A stretch of 64,000 nt of DNA, taken from assembly GCA_000708835.1 (NCBI GenBank), contig DF237127.1:62001-126000 (forward strand), written 5' to 3'. A program made the translations under genes and the position numbers. Source of the DNA: Klebsormidium nitens (Eukaryota; Plantae; Klebsormidiophyceae). Shown one piece after another: positions 25,201 through 36,709 of this stretch (the first letter of the stretch is position 1; each line of letters begins with the position of its first letter). The notes under the pieces are model-generated. The model was not told the DNA's origin. It did no database searches and saw nothing but the letters and a program-made list of their open reading frames with translations.

Positions 25201-27826
25201 AGGATGCGGTGACTCGCAATCGGAGCAGAAGCACTGCTCGGGGCTGGCCATTGAGAAGTCCCTTTTGCGTAGCAGGCTACGGAGTGGGTAAAACCATAGT
25301 CTATCAGCTTGCGGGTTTTGGGGATAGATGGGTACTGAGCTTAGCGTTTACCGTTTGAATCTGCTGAGGTCGTCAGAATTGAGCTTCTCTACAAATTGGA
25401 AAAACAAGGGGCCAATCCGGCGCCGTTTTCTCTTATGAAGGAGGAGTCCTTGTGGCGCTGCAAGCCGATGGGCTCGTAAGACTAATCAACTTTTCTATTC
25501 CCTTTTGATCTGAGGCTGTCGTATCAGCAACGGTGTGCGGACTTTGGTGCATCCCATTTGACGGAAGCCGAGATTGGCCAAGGATCGATTTTGCAAAAAG
25601 TCTTACGTGGCACAAATGGGGTGAAGGCAAGCAAATACATGCACGTTCCGCGTGCATTCTGGGACCGGTTTCCGTGCGTGACGTCATCTTTTCTGTCCCG
25701 CTTGGACGGCGTGACGCCATGTTTACGTCCCACTTGGACGCAGCAGGTGTGGAAGAAACGGTCGCTGTCGCATACGTCTGGAACCATGCATACAGAATCT
25801 TCAATGGCCGTCTGACACCAGAAGCAAGCCGGAGCGGTTGCGGCCAAACAGAAAGAGAAACAAAAAAAACAGAAGGAAGGAAGAAAGCACAACTCTGAAA
25901 CATAAGCCTATTCGCAACGGACACTCGCCTCATCGTCCGTTTTCGTTCCTTTCTGCAGATCACGAGCCAAATTGCTCGGCTAGACGAAGACCTGGGCAGC
26001 TTCGAAGAGGACCTGAAAGTAGGTGAGGAAAGCCGAACGCCCGTTCCCCTCGACGTTGACCTATCCAATTGAGGGCCTCTTGGGGTAAAATGTACGCTCT
26101 TTCAAGACAAGGTTGGAGAAGGTTAAACGGCATCAAGTCCGGGTCGCAGCTTCAAAGAGGGCTTCTGATGTTTCTTCCTGAAGCCTGCGGACGTTGCTAA
26201 CTTGAGGGGGTTTTGCCATGTTATTAATCAGCCCGTTCTGGCAACTACTCGTTGAGCGCCTTAGACATTGCGGATGCTGCGGACGCTTTCCGGATGCTCC
26301 GAATGATCGGCCAGTCGGACGGGCTCAAACCATTTGTCGGGAAGCGGCACAGTCCGGCTCCTTAGGCCACTTCTTCGAGTCCCCTGAAAATGTTGTCTCC
26401 TTTCTGGTTCCACTCAGAGTGGGGCGTTGCGTGCGTTCTGCAGGCTAAGACAAAACCTCAACTCGTAGTGAGATGGACAGAGCAGTGGATGCGCGAATCG
26501 CATCGGTTTTCATGATGGGTCAGCGTACACAGCTTTCTCGGGTATCTCAAGGTTGTCTCTATACACAGCTTCGCACTCACTGCCTGCATAGCTCATTCTC
26601 CCCCGGGCAGACAGATTTGACTTGTCAGAGCATCGACAGAGTCGCAACGAAGGCAGATAGCCCATGTTCTTTTTCTTTGCAGAGGGCAAGCTGTCCGACT
26701 TCGCATTCACCCCGGTCTCGTTCGAGAAGAAGCGTCCGCCTGCCCCCCCTCCGCAGCCCACTTCCGCCCGTAAGCAGGACCCCGCCCCGGAATATGACGA
26801 TCGGGAACCGGAACGGCCACGTGCCCCAGCCATCACGGTCCGACGGAAAAGTCAGCCGTCGCAACCATCTCCGGGGGTGGTAAACGCAGCGAATCCGGGG
26901 GGAGGGGACCCTCAGGACAGCTTTTGTATATGCGGGGGTGTGAGTCAGCCAAAAGCTCAGACTCCGTCCTCTTCCCTTTCTGCTCTACTTCTTCCTTCTC
27001 TGCGTTTGCATCATGAGAGTAAGTCGAATCTATTCTCAAGCCTGCCTCGAAACCGACGCAGGCCTGGGCCGTCTAAGAAGACCTTAGAAACGACGGTCAC
27101 GTCCGCTCCTTGAGTTGATGGCGAAGGAGTCTTGTCGGACGCGAGCGGGTGTCTGGTGGAGGAAAGCTATGTCTAGGCGATGCTCTGGATGGATCCAGCT
27201 GTTAAAACGTCAGAGCTGCCTCTCTGTGCTTACGGAGACGTTTGCAGTGTCTTTGGGAACCGTAGTGCTGGCGACGTTGCGTGAAGACATGAGAGTCTTG
27301 ACGCTGGGCGAACGAAGTGCCACTCAAGATTGACCCAACAAAGCCGGATCGAAAGATGTTGAATTGTCTTTGTGGGTCAAAAGCTGTGCCTAACGGAGCC
27401 TTGAGCCAAGACCGCGATTGACAGAAGTCTGGACCGCGAGTATTCGAGAGGCGTTCTTCGACAGCTTATCCGCCCGTTAATCTCCATTTTCTCAACATAG
27501 ATAGAGGCGGCACCAATGACGTCCCGGGCCAGCTATTGTCACAGATTTCAAATGTGCTTGGGTTGAGAGGAGCTCGGTACACTTTTCGGTGCCTTCTTCA
27601 CGGACATACGCAGTGAACCAATCCGGACATACCTAACAATTCCCCATTTTGGACGTCCGTGCAGCAATCGTATGGCGACATGGTGCAGTGCGACAACGAG
27701 GACTGCAAAGGGGGGGTGTGGTTCCACTACTCGTGCGTGGGCCTGAACCAGGCCCCCCGGAACAAGTGGTACTGCCCCGCGTGCCGAGCGCTACAGAGGC
27801 GGGGACTTCTCGACGTGGCACTGTAA
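22294..27826 (+). CDS. ING2: Inhibitor of growth family PHD-finger protein, ING2-like
   Basis: Exons 22294-22336, 23151-23222, 24733-24920, 25959-26022, 26683-26939 and 27665-27826 give [37 protein letters not shown]...CLGLATEKVLLAQQATELITSQIARLDEDL...[33 protein letters not shown]...KWYCPAC. This is an ING N-terminal domain plus a C4HC3 PHD finger. Confidence 0.95.
23985..25295 (+). repeat. Tandem degenerate duplications of ING2 exon 3 splice boundaries
   Basis: Acceptor plus exon-start unit (t.cagctcttca.gacgc.gt.cgtgcacagtgc.cggc.gtgctggc...) at about 23991, 24134, 24301, 24437 and 24581, with the intact exon at 24726. Exon-end plus donor copies at about 25065-25148 and 25220-25292. Confidence 0.9.
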
Positions 27827-29153
27827 CGCTTCAAATTCGAGATGATTTGAACAGAAACTGTTGCTCGCTTGCGTGTGGCGTATGTACAGAATTCAGACGC
27901 TGGGCTCCGACCCGGAGCCAAAGGGTAGCCCCCTGTATATTTTTGATGGGGCAGGTGCGATGAGTGGTCCGTTCGTGTGACGTTTGTGCTCGTTGGCGCC
28001 GTTGAAAAACCGGCCGATGTCGCTGCGCTCTCAGAAGAAAATGCGCGTAGTCTGACGGTAGTGATTCGAGTCCTTGAGGCAGGGATGCAGCGGCAAAGCT
28101 CTTCTACTCTCGAGCCTCTATCATGATTCCTTTCGAAGTACAGGTCCGTACGTTGATTGTTGCATGTGTACCTATACCGCGACGAGAGTTGTGTGGGTCG
28201 ATAATCATCGCGCATGTATGCGCATGAGTTTCACATATGCACCTAAGTTGGGCGTCTAGTGACAACGCTGCTTGTCAACTGCTGCCGCAACCAGATCCGC
28301 AACATGAGAGATGGCGGCACGATCTCAACCGCCAGAATTGCGAGCCAATACATCCGGCAAGCCGAAACCCACCGCTCATGTAATCATGCTTCCCTATAGT
28401 CAGAGGTGAGCGGAGTCCGCACACTGGCGGCATGGAAAGTTTATTTGCAGATTTGAGAGAGATGCATGTGATTATAATGGTCGCGACAATTGGAAGATCA
28501 GATCATTGCGGCCTGAAATGCAACGACGGTATACTAACATCTGCTGCTACATATGCTCAGCCTGCGTTATAGCTTGCTCGCGTCGAATTTCGTCAAAGTT
28601 GCGCCTCGAACGATCACGTACGAACGCGGTACGGGCCATGGGTATACAAAAATACATGGTTGCGGGCCATGCCTCATGCAGCTTATGTCACGATTTAGCA
28701 CCCACGTTTGCGCCGCGGACTTTCATCATGGACAATCCATGAGTGCGTATAATCAAGAGCTACTAGCCCCGACCGCCGTGTCTTACTCTGAAGAGGGGCT
28801 TGATAAAAAGCTAGGCTCCGGCCTCCGACTTGGCATGTATATACGATGACAAAATCAAGTTTGGTCCTTTAGATGATCAATGATGATTTGGTCAAAATTT
28901 AAGCAAAGTTATTAAAGACAGGACCGATGGCAATATATGATTTTTGCGCCTTGCTGCGCCGCTTATTCGATTTCACTTCTTTGTGAAATTAGCTGATCTG
29001 CGCTCAATCGAGTCTGCCATACATCCACCCTCTCAAACCACTGACGCTCATGACAATCGCTAGGAGCTAAACATTTCCAAACAGCGCGTTAAAACCCCCC
29101 GGCCGAACGCTGGTACGTACCGGGCACTGTGCGCCTGCCTCACACCGCTGAGA

Positions 29154-32100
29154 TTACACCCGGTAGTAACGGTCACCGGCCCGGAAGGCCTTTTCGGAGA
29201 CCATCTGCCCGGTCTCGGGCGCCTCGAGCTGGGTGCTGCCCACATAGATGGCGGTGTGGTAAGTAGATCCGACGGCTGCGAAAGCGTCACGCGTGAAATC
29301 AGCATGAAGTAGATGGCGCTCGAGGTCAGAAGAAGGTTTTTTACGCTGGAACGGCGAACAACACCAGCAGGTCAATGACATGATGCAACTAGAGGAGGAG
29401 CGGCCTTTTCCTCTTAGACAAGGACGCAAGTCCACCATCTCCAACCATGGCATAGTCATTTTAAGTCGCTGCCTCGCCTATAGACGATTTAAGGGTAGAC
29501 AGTCAAACGCCTCTGAAGTAAGGTAAGAAAGAGAAGAATACCGCTAATAAGGCGGCCAGAATGCCTCGCACGCTGCATTTTCAATTGCTCGGTTGATGTG
29601 AACTGACGATAAACACACCACACTCACTCGCCCACTTTCTTGCACTAGTACATCATCCGGTTGACTCGAAATTAAAAGCACCAACAGTGAGCTGCTTTCT
29701 GGTCTCCTGACCATCATCAAACCTTCTCTGTCCGTTCAAAGATCAGAAGCTAGTACAAACGAGGCAGAATCTGGCCTCGTGAAGTTTCTGCTCACTCGGG
29801 TACAGCTCGCAAACATGCCCTGCCGCGTTGAGCTTGCAACTGTCTGTATGAATCACACGAGACGGGAAACTGATTTCGGTAAGGAAAGTGGTATCGCCCA
29901 GTCGAGCACACACTGTTCTTATGGAGACAATACGTCGTCTCAAGCCAGGCTTATTGCCTCGACGGTCCTACCAAATCAGTCGAGGATTCCTTGGAGGCCC
30001 ACGTCTTGTGAAGCCAGAGAGCAGCTGAGGTCGGGGGGTAAGCCCATCTTCAGTTCACACTCGGCAACTGAAGCAAGAGAGCACACACAACTCACGTCCG
30101 TAGAAGATGAGGTCGCCCGGTTGGAGCTGCGCGCGCGTGACCTGTTTCCCGCCAAGGCGCGCCTCCTGGCCGCTGGTGCCCCCGGACCCGAGCACGTCGG
30201 AGCCACGTGCCTTCCAGACGGCCCAGCGGGTGAAGCCCGAGCAGTCGAAGCCGGTGGTAGAGCTGGCGGGGCAGGGCTGGGGGCCATGGTAGCCGCACGT
30301 GGGGCCGGTGGAACAACAACCTGGAGAATCGATTTGACTCGATTCAGATTCGAGGATTCAGGGTTTGAGAATTCGGAGTTTGGAAATCAGCTCATGAAGG
30401 ATTATGATATGAGGGTTTGAGAGGTCAGGGCGGGAGGTCTGGGGCGATCGAAAGCCTCCCTCCATTTTCATGATGAGTAACACCGGATTTTAAGAGGGCG
30501 CAGGGGGCCAGAGTAGCGGCACCCGGAACAACAAGACCTGGGGACAATTGTCCGTTGAGGACAATTGCCAGCGTGGCAAACAAGGAGGCGCGCAGGAAAA
30601 GGAGACACGACCTGAGTTGCGAGACTCAAAGGACTGTGAGAGACTGGTTTGGACACGTGGAAAAGGCCAAGACGAGGAGGAGATGACGAAAAGGCTTGCG
30701 GCTCACAGCAATCTTCGGGAGTAGATTTGTGGGAGTTTAGACGGACTCCTTACCGTGAGTAGGACCAGGCGATCCACCGTGGCCTAGACAAGGACGGCAA
30801 TAACGAATCGGTTAGCGACTGGATGGATTGACGAGAAAGGACGGCAGCAAGCAAAGCGGCAAGTATGCTTAGTCCTCGTTTCCTCTCTTTCTTATAAAAC
30901 CCTCCCTCGTTCGCAGCGTAGGGAAGCAAGCCTCGTTTACATGCGCCTCTTCTTTCCTGTATCTCACGATCCAAGCCACCCTTTGCCTGCAGGAAACACG
31001 TCGAAATAGCGCTGAATCCCACTTCCTCTACGAGTCGAAATCAACGTCTTACCTCCCCCCCAGGAGTAAGGAACCTTCCCGACCTGAGTCCTGCCCCAGG
31101 TGACAATCGAGCTGCCCCCCCCGGAAGAAGGCGTGCTCGCAGTGCAGCACTGGATGTTTGAGGGCCCGGGGCAATATCCCGGGGTGTGGGTTCCGGTGCA
31201 CTGGGCGGTGTCCTTGCAGGTTCCGGCCTGGCCGTTCACGGAACAGGTGCCATAGCCAGAGGTGCAGCACTGGATGTTGTAAGGACCGGGGCAAAGACCT
31301 GGGGGGGAAGGATGAGGGTTACGTAAACGGTTAGTAATCTCAAGGGTGGAAAGCTGTTGGGGTTTGGGAACTCAAGTTTGTGGTACGAGATGGCCATTGA
31401 GGTACAGGAGAGAGTAGCGGCCGTGCAGCACTGGATGTTGGAGGAAACGGGGCAGAGACCTGGAGACAGGAAAGAACGGGGCTAAAACTATTCGAGAGGC
31501 GGGAGTTGGGATGTCAGCTTGACCTTTAGGTGGCTAGTTTTTGAACAGGTGACACAGCCGTGGTGCAGACTGGGGATTGGAGGGTCAGGGGCCAAGACCT
31601 GCAATGGGCATGGGCTGGGGTTGGGATTTGCGCATGCATGGTGTTTGCAAGACCGTTGCGTTCTCTTTTTTATCTCAAGAGCAATTGACTGCGTACTTTT
31701 GATCAATACTGAATCATTACAGGGAAGAAGGGACTCGAACCCTTAACCTTTGGTTTTGGAGACCACTATTCTACCGTTGAAAATACTCATCTATTTTGAT
31801 GACTTCAGTAGGATCACAGAAAGTCACGTTTGTGAACGAGGAGGGCAAACCAGAATGAGTTCAGCAATCAGGTGCTGCCACCTTTCGTGCAGTGTAATGC
31901 TGGCATGAATTAGGGGGGGTGCAAATGAAGGGAAGAGTCAGCATCTATTTGTAGCAAAACGGCGAAAAAGTGGGTAAGCTTCAGGGAGCATAGCTGAGGT
32001 TCCTTGCACAGGGGCAAGCTCGTTTCGATATGAAATAAAGAAGATGAGAAAGCAACAGGCAATTGTGGTGGGGTAGTAAGCTAATATAACAATCTTTCAA

Positions 32101-33237
32101 TTGGTTGAACCAATAAGATCTTTGTAAAGTCCGTCAGAAACCAGAAACAACCGGAAAGAGAGAGAGCTCAAATGAGAGTCCACAGACATTTGAAGATACC
32201 GAACTCAGATCAACGTGGCATCACGAACTGGAAAGGTCGACATTGTCAAACTGATCTGGAAACCTGAGAATGGACGTTGTAGACTCTCGTCCAGCCTTTG
32301 AGCTTCTACTATTGTATTTGAAGACCGCTTATGATAGTTGCAAAATGACTGTCAGCTCAACGAAGCTTCACGGGAGCGTGACATCAAGTCCTCTTCCCCA
32401 AAGAAAGCCCAATAGTGAGATGACAAGCCATGCTCGAGCAAAGATGGACTTTCCTGGGAATGACCAGACCAAGAAAAGTAAGGAGAGCATGGTCCAACTT
32501 CTTTTCTTAAAAGAATAAACAAAAGAATTTCAAGTATCACTAGCAACAACGGTGCTCTTGAAAGTGCCTACCTGCAGTCTTGGTTCCAGAGCATGTGGAG
32601 ATGTCCTTGCAGGTCCCGGTCTGTCCATTGGCGGTGCAGGATTTGGGCGTGCAGCACTGGATGTTGGCAGCGCCGGGGCACAGGCCTGAAATGGACAGAA
32701 GGAACTTTGTGTTGGCCCGGTTGAGGCTTTCAGCTTCAATATGAATGCATTCAGCATGAAAAGATCCATCTGGATTCAATGTGCTGATTGAAAGACTTCA
32801 TCTGTGAGACATCATCATGGACGATTCAACTGCGTGCGGAGCCTTTCTCTGTTGGAGGCTCAAGTGTATCTAGAAGAGCCTAACCCCTTTCTGGATTTTT
32901 AAAAACATAGACCTACTGGAAAGCACTACACGAGAAGTTGGTCTTAGAGGATTTCGCTGGTTATCAGTGTCCTCGCATACTACCCCATGCCTCTTAAGCG
33001 CACTACTTCTAGGGCAGCTCAAGTACACCTAATACCAATCCAACCAGCCAGCTCCATTGCTTGAAGCACTGAGCTTCCACCTTGACACCACTCACCAGCG
33101 GTGCTGGTTCCACCCTTGTTGGCGCACTGTGTAGTGTCAATGCAGGTTCCGGAGCAGGCCGCTAGGGCCTGGTTGACCGACAGGCTCAGGAAGAGTGCGG
33201 CACAGAGGATCGTTGGTGTGAGGGAGATCCTCTTCAT
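29154..33237 (-). CDS. Secreted NlpC/P60 (papain-like) peptidoglycan endopeptidase with N-terminal Cys-rich repeats
   Basis: Exons 33237-33096, 32685-32572, 31298-31053, 30783-30754, 30320-30096 and 29275-29154 (all phase-1 GT-AG introns). They give signal-like MKRISLTPTILCAALFLSLSVNQALA, three G(L/Y)CPGxxNIQCC modules, then VPYSWGGG...GFDCSGFTRWAVW...LQPGDLIFYG...YHTAIYVGSTQLEAP. Confidence 0.9.
30014..30051 (-). repeat. 38-bp dispersed repeat, copy 1 (intronic)
   Basis: On the minus strand reads gaagatgggcttaccccccgacctcagctgctctctgg, 37/38 identical to 61998-62035. Confidence 0.85.
31388..31459 (-). pseudogene. Decayed extra Cys-module exon inside the NlpC/P60 intron
   Basis: Acceptor followed by GLCPVSSNIQCCTAATLSCTS, then an apparent 1-bp loss versus the SCTxNG consensus. 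No phase-compatible donor found. Confidence 0.6.
31720..31792 (-). tRNA. Organelle/bacterial-type tRNA-Trp(CCA) fragment with damaged 5' acceptor strand
   Basis: Minus strand reads ...ttcaacggtagaatagtggtctccaaaaccaaaggttaagggttcgagtcccttcttccctg: D-arm GGTAGA, anticodon loop CTCCAAA and T-loop GTTCGAGTCC. The 5' end (agatgag) does not pair with the 3' cttccct, so it is probably non-functional. Confidence 0.75.
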
Positions 33238-33511
33238 CGTGGCTTCTTGAGGCGTAAACGTGCGTAAGGAAAGGGAGACAAGTTTTGGGTTTGAGAAGGA
33301 GATGAATGGAAGAGTAGGAAAATGACCAGAAATATATACGCACCTGACATGAACCAGTGAACGATCCAACAGCAGTGCCAGTGGATACTCCAAAGCGTGC
33401 AAACGCCTACCCGGACCGTATCTTTAATTGCCTTTGGATCACCTTCATCACCTAGCTATATTATGCCATTGAATGCTGGCAGCTGTGAGGAAGTGCCAAC
33501 TGGCAACACTG

Positions 33512-34003
33512 GGCTGCCTCCACACTGCCGGATACTTGGGTCGTCGGCTACTCCGAGTACCCCCCTCTGGAGTATCCCGGGCAAGTAGCCCGTCCAGACT
33601 GCGGGATACTCAGCCCGGCTACTTTGTGTTCCGCGATGATCGGAAGCTACTTCGCCTTCTCACGTGTAAACGAGTAGCCCGGCAAGTATCCTTCAAAAAG
33701 TAGGCTACTCGGCCGGCTACTCGGCGGTTGGCCAATCAGATTTCAGCATAACGGTCCAGTTGTTGAACCGGACGCGTGCGAACACCGACAGTCTGCTTTC
33801 TTGAATGATTGCGCGAATCTTTGTGTCAACGTGGCACGCTGACAGCGACCGGCGGAAGTAGCCGATGTCCGAAGTAGCCCCCGGTGTGGAAGCGGCTACT
33901 TCAGCTCCCGCATTCTGCGGAAGAGCTCCCGGTTCCTCGGAGAAACTTGAGAAGTAGCCGGGTACTCCAGTATCCCCAAGTATCCCCCAGTGTGGAGGCA
34001 GCC
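33512..34003. mobile_element. 492-bp non-autonomous DNA transposon (PIF/Harbinger-like MITE), copy 1
   Basis: TIR ggctgcctccacactg...cagtgtggaggcagcc with a longer imperfect extension. 3-bp target-site duplication CTG. Subterminal gtagcc/ggctac repeats. Confidence 0.9.
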
Positions 34004-34572
34004 CTGGATGCTCTGACATGTAACGATTCAACCTTAGTCGTTATCGCCCGTCCGGATTTTGCGCTCGGCCTTTCAAGTTGGGCCGGGGTACATACCGTAT
34101 ATCTCGTATTTGCCCCCCGGTTGGAGATGGCCAGGGGCCAGGGCAGTATTCTCGTAGGTATTGCCCGGCCGTTTGCATGGACGTGTAACTAGCTCCTCGC
34201 GGGGTGGAGACTCCGAATACAGGTTCTCGAGAATCTCCATATATCCCCTCGGAAAATTCCTCCCAGGCTCCCCCTCGTACAATAGGTAACGTAGGTACCA
34301 ATAACGGATGATGATAATGTAGGTAGTCTTAGTCTTAGTCTAGGTACGTACCGTACCACATGTATCAAGTAGTAGTACGCCGCGTCTCAACCAGAGCTGC
34401 TCTGAGAGCAGCAAAAAGCTGCAAAAGCGGGATCCCCAGTGCCCACTGCCGAGTGAGATTGCAATGAGGGATCCCCAGACCTACTGTACTGACTGCGACT
34501 GAGGGTTGTACCGTATTGAGGGATCCCCGGATTCCAGTTGACCTCAGTGGACCTACTAGTAAACGTATTACG

Positions 34573-35064
34573 GGCTGCCTCCACACTGCCGGATACTTGG
34601 GTCGTCGGCTACTCCGAGTACCCCCCTCTGGAGTATCCCGGGCAAGTAGCCCGTCCAGACTGCGGGATACTCCACCCGGCTACTTTGCGTTCCGCGATGA
34701 TCGGGAGCTACTTTGCCTTATCACGTGTGAACGAGTAGCCCGGCAAGTATCCTTCAAAAAGTAGGCTACTTGGCCGGCTACTCGGCGGTTGGCCAATCAG
34801 ATTTCAGCATAACGGTCCAGTTGTTGAACCGGACGCGTGCGAACATCGACAGTCTGCTTTCTTGAATGATTGCTCAAATCTTTGAGTCAACGTGGCACGC
34901 TGAGAGTGACCGGCGGAAGTAGCCGGTGTCCAAAGTAGCCCCCAGTGTGGAAGCGGCTACTTCGGCTCCCGCATTTTGCGGAGAAGCTCCCGGTTCCTTG
35001 GAGAAACTTGAGAAGTAGCCGGGTACTCCAGTATCCCCAAGTATCCCCCAGTGTGGAGGCAGCC
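34573..35064. mobile_element. 492-bp non-autonomous DNA transposon (PIF/Harbinger-like MITE), copy 2
   Basis: Same TIRs and length as copy 1, with scattered substitutions. It has its own 3-bp TSD, ACG. Confidence 0.9.
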
Positions 35065-36709
35065 ACGGGAGTATTTATGCCACACCACGTGCATGGCCTG
35101 AAATGCGGATCATGTCGACACTGCCTGAGCGGACGGTGCGGACCGCATGCATATGTCGATCCGAGTCCCGACTGAGTCTATAAACCGCGGCTCGCAAATA
35201 GGATCCTACGGTCGATCGCGCGGGACTCGGCAGGCAGGCGAGTAGTACATACTACATAGTAGAAAGTTGTAAAAGTGTGAACGCAGAAGTGTTACCGAGG
35301 CCGGCATCGTAAACCGTACGATACTCAGATGCGCGTAGAATCTGTTAAATCCGGAATTCACTACCAGGACCATTCAGGATCGACCCCTGACTTGCGGCCT
35401 TATCTCATACCATCGCACAGCTCAATCGACCGGGTGCGACAAAGTGCCCCGGGTAATCCAACCGGCAAAGAAACGTACCCTCAAATCGTGGTCCCGGTAC
35501 CTTTAACCGTGTTCAACAAGCCCTTGAGTCTTAGGGTGAAAGGCTTCCATAAACCTCACTGGTTTGACAGCGGGACCCTGCTAAACCCTGGATTGTCCTG
35601 TTGAAACCATCTCGGTGAGGATTTCACCGGGAGGCTATTTTGAAGATGTACCGGGCTATTCATAGTCCAGCGATCGTGTGCGCTTATACCCTGATGATGC
35701 AAGCCCCTTGTGGAAAGTGCCTGTGAACACTTTTACAACTGTCTTCTTTGCCCGTTTTGCGGCAGTGACGGCCCGGGCCGGGGCCTGCCAGCGGCCGCCG
35801 CGGCAGCCCCGCGGCCGGGCATAGTATGCTTCAAACTAGCATGTATAAAAATCTGCATACTAAAGGTATATGAAACCGGGCCCCCGGCGCGCGGGGCCCC
35901 GGCCGGGCGCGCGGGTGGTTGTGCCGGGCACTGAGTTTGGTTTTGCCGGTGCCCGCAAGGGGCCGGGGGGGTCCGGCAATGGTAACTTTAAACAGCCATC
36001 AGATCCTGCAATGGTCGATTCCATTCGCAGATCGGAGGCGCGCATGGTCTTCTTCGCGATTCTACATCGAAGCGCTCTGGAGTACCTTTTCCCCACCCAC
36101 AAAAAGGCGGGTCCAAGAAAGAAGCCAATGGACCCTGGGGGGGTTTTTAACGGCTCCAGCGTAGTCTAATTTAGACAGATTTCGATGTAGAATAGTGTTA
36201 GAAGCTCCCATTTGAGTGAGGCTTGCATGCAAGTCGATCGAAAACACTCATAAGCGTTGCCTATAACGAGCTCGAACCTATAAGAATATAAGATAAGTTG
36301 CCTCTAGAAATAGAACTCGGCGTATACGCATCGAGTTGCTTGTGGTAGTTCTATGCTCTTTTTGGGATCTGTAGGAGCATAGAATGAGAACCATTGACAC
36401 ATCCCATCTCCGTACCGGTAAAACGGTCGGATTGTAAATGATACCATCAGATTCGGTAGCCGCAGCCTCGGAACGTAGGATACGGTACCAGGTAACCTGG
36501 CCTGGCACGGACTCGGACTCGATCGGAGTCCGATGCCCCGCCAACTGGGCGGTAACGGTGTTTTATCGTGCTTCCGCGGTGACTGCACTGCTCTGACAGG
36601 CTGCATGACTGCGCCAGCAGCACAGCACGCCTTGCAAGCCGCATGCGGCTCAAAAACTTGAAACCGCGCACTTTTCCACAGCTCGGCTTCATTTGCAGAG
36701 GTGTCCGGT

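Noticed and set aside
29154-33237. Bacterial contamination as the source of the NlpC/P60 gene
   Set aside because: Five canonical GT-AG introns interrupt the gene, two of them within the catalytic-domain region, and the flanks are contiguous with algal nuclear genes.
34019-34282. Possible solo LTR (TGTAACG...CGTACA)
   Set aside because: No matching 4-6 bp target-site duplication, second copy, PBS or PPT was found.
35860-36169. Short ORFs upstream of DCAF1 (e.g. 35870-36169)
   Set aside because: GC-rich promoter or TE-like sequence with no recognisable motif or splice support.
34345-36490. Possible pogo/Tc2-like element bounded by TACCGTA...TACGGTA
   Set aside because: Terminal similarity is limited to about 5 bp and there is no transposase ORF inside.
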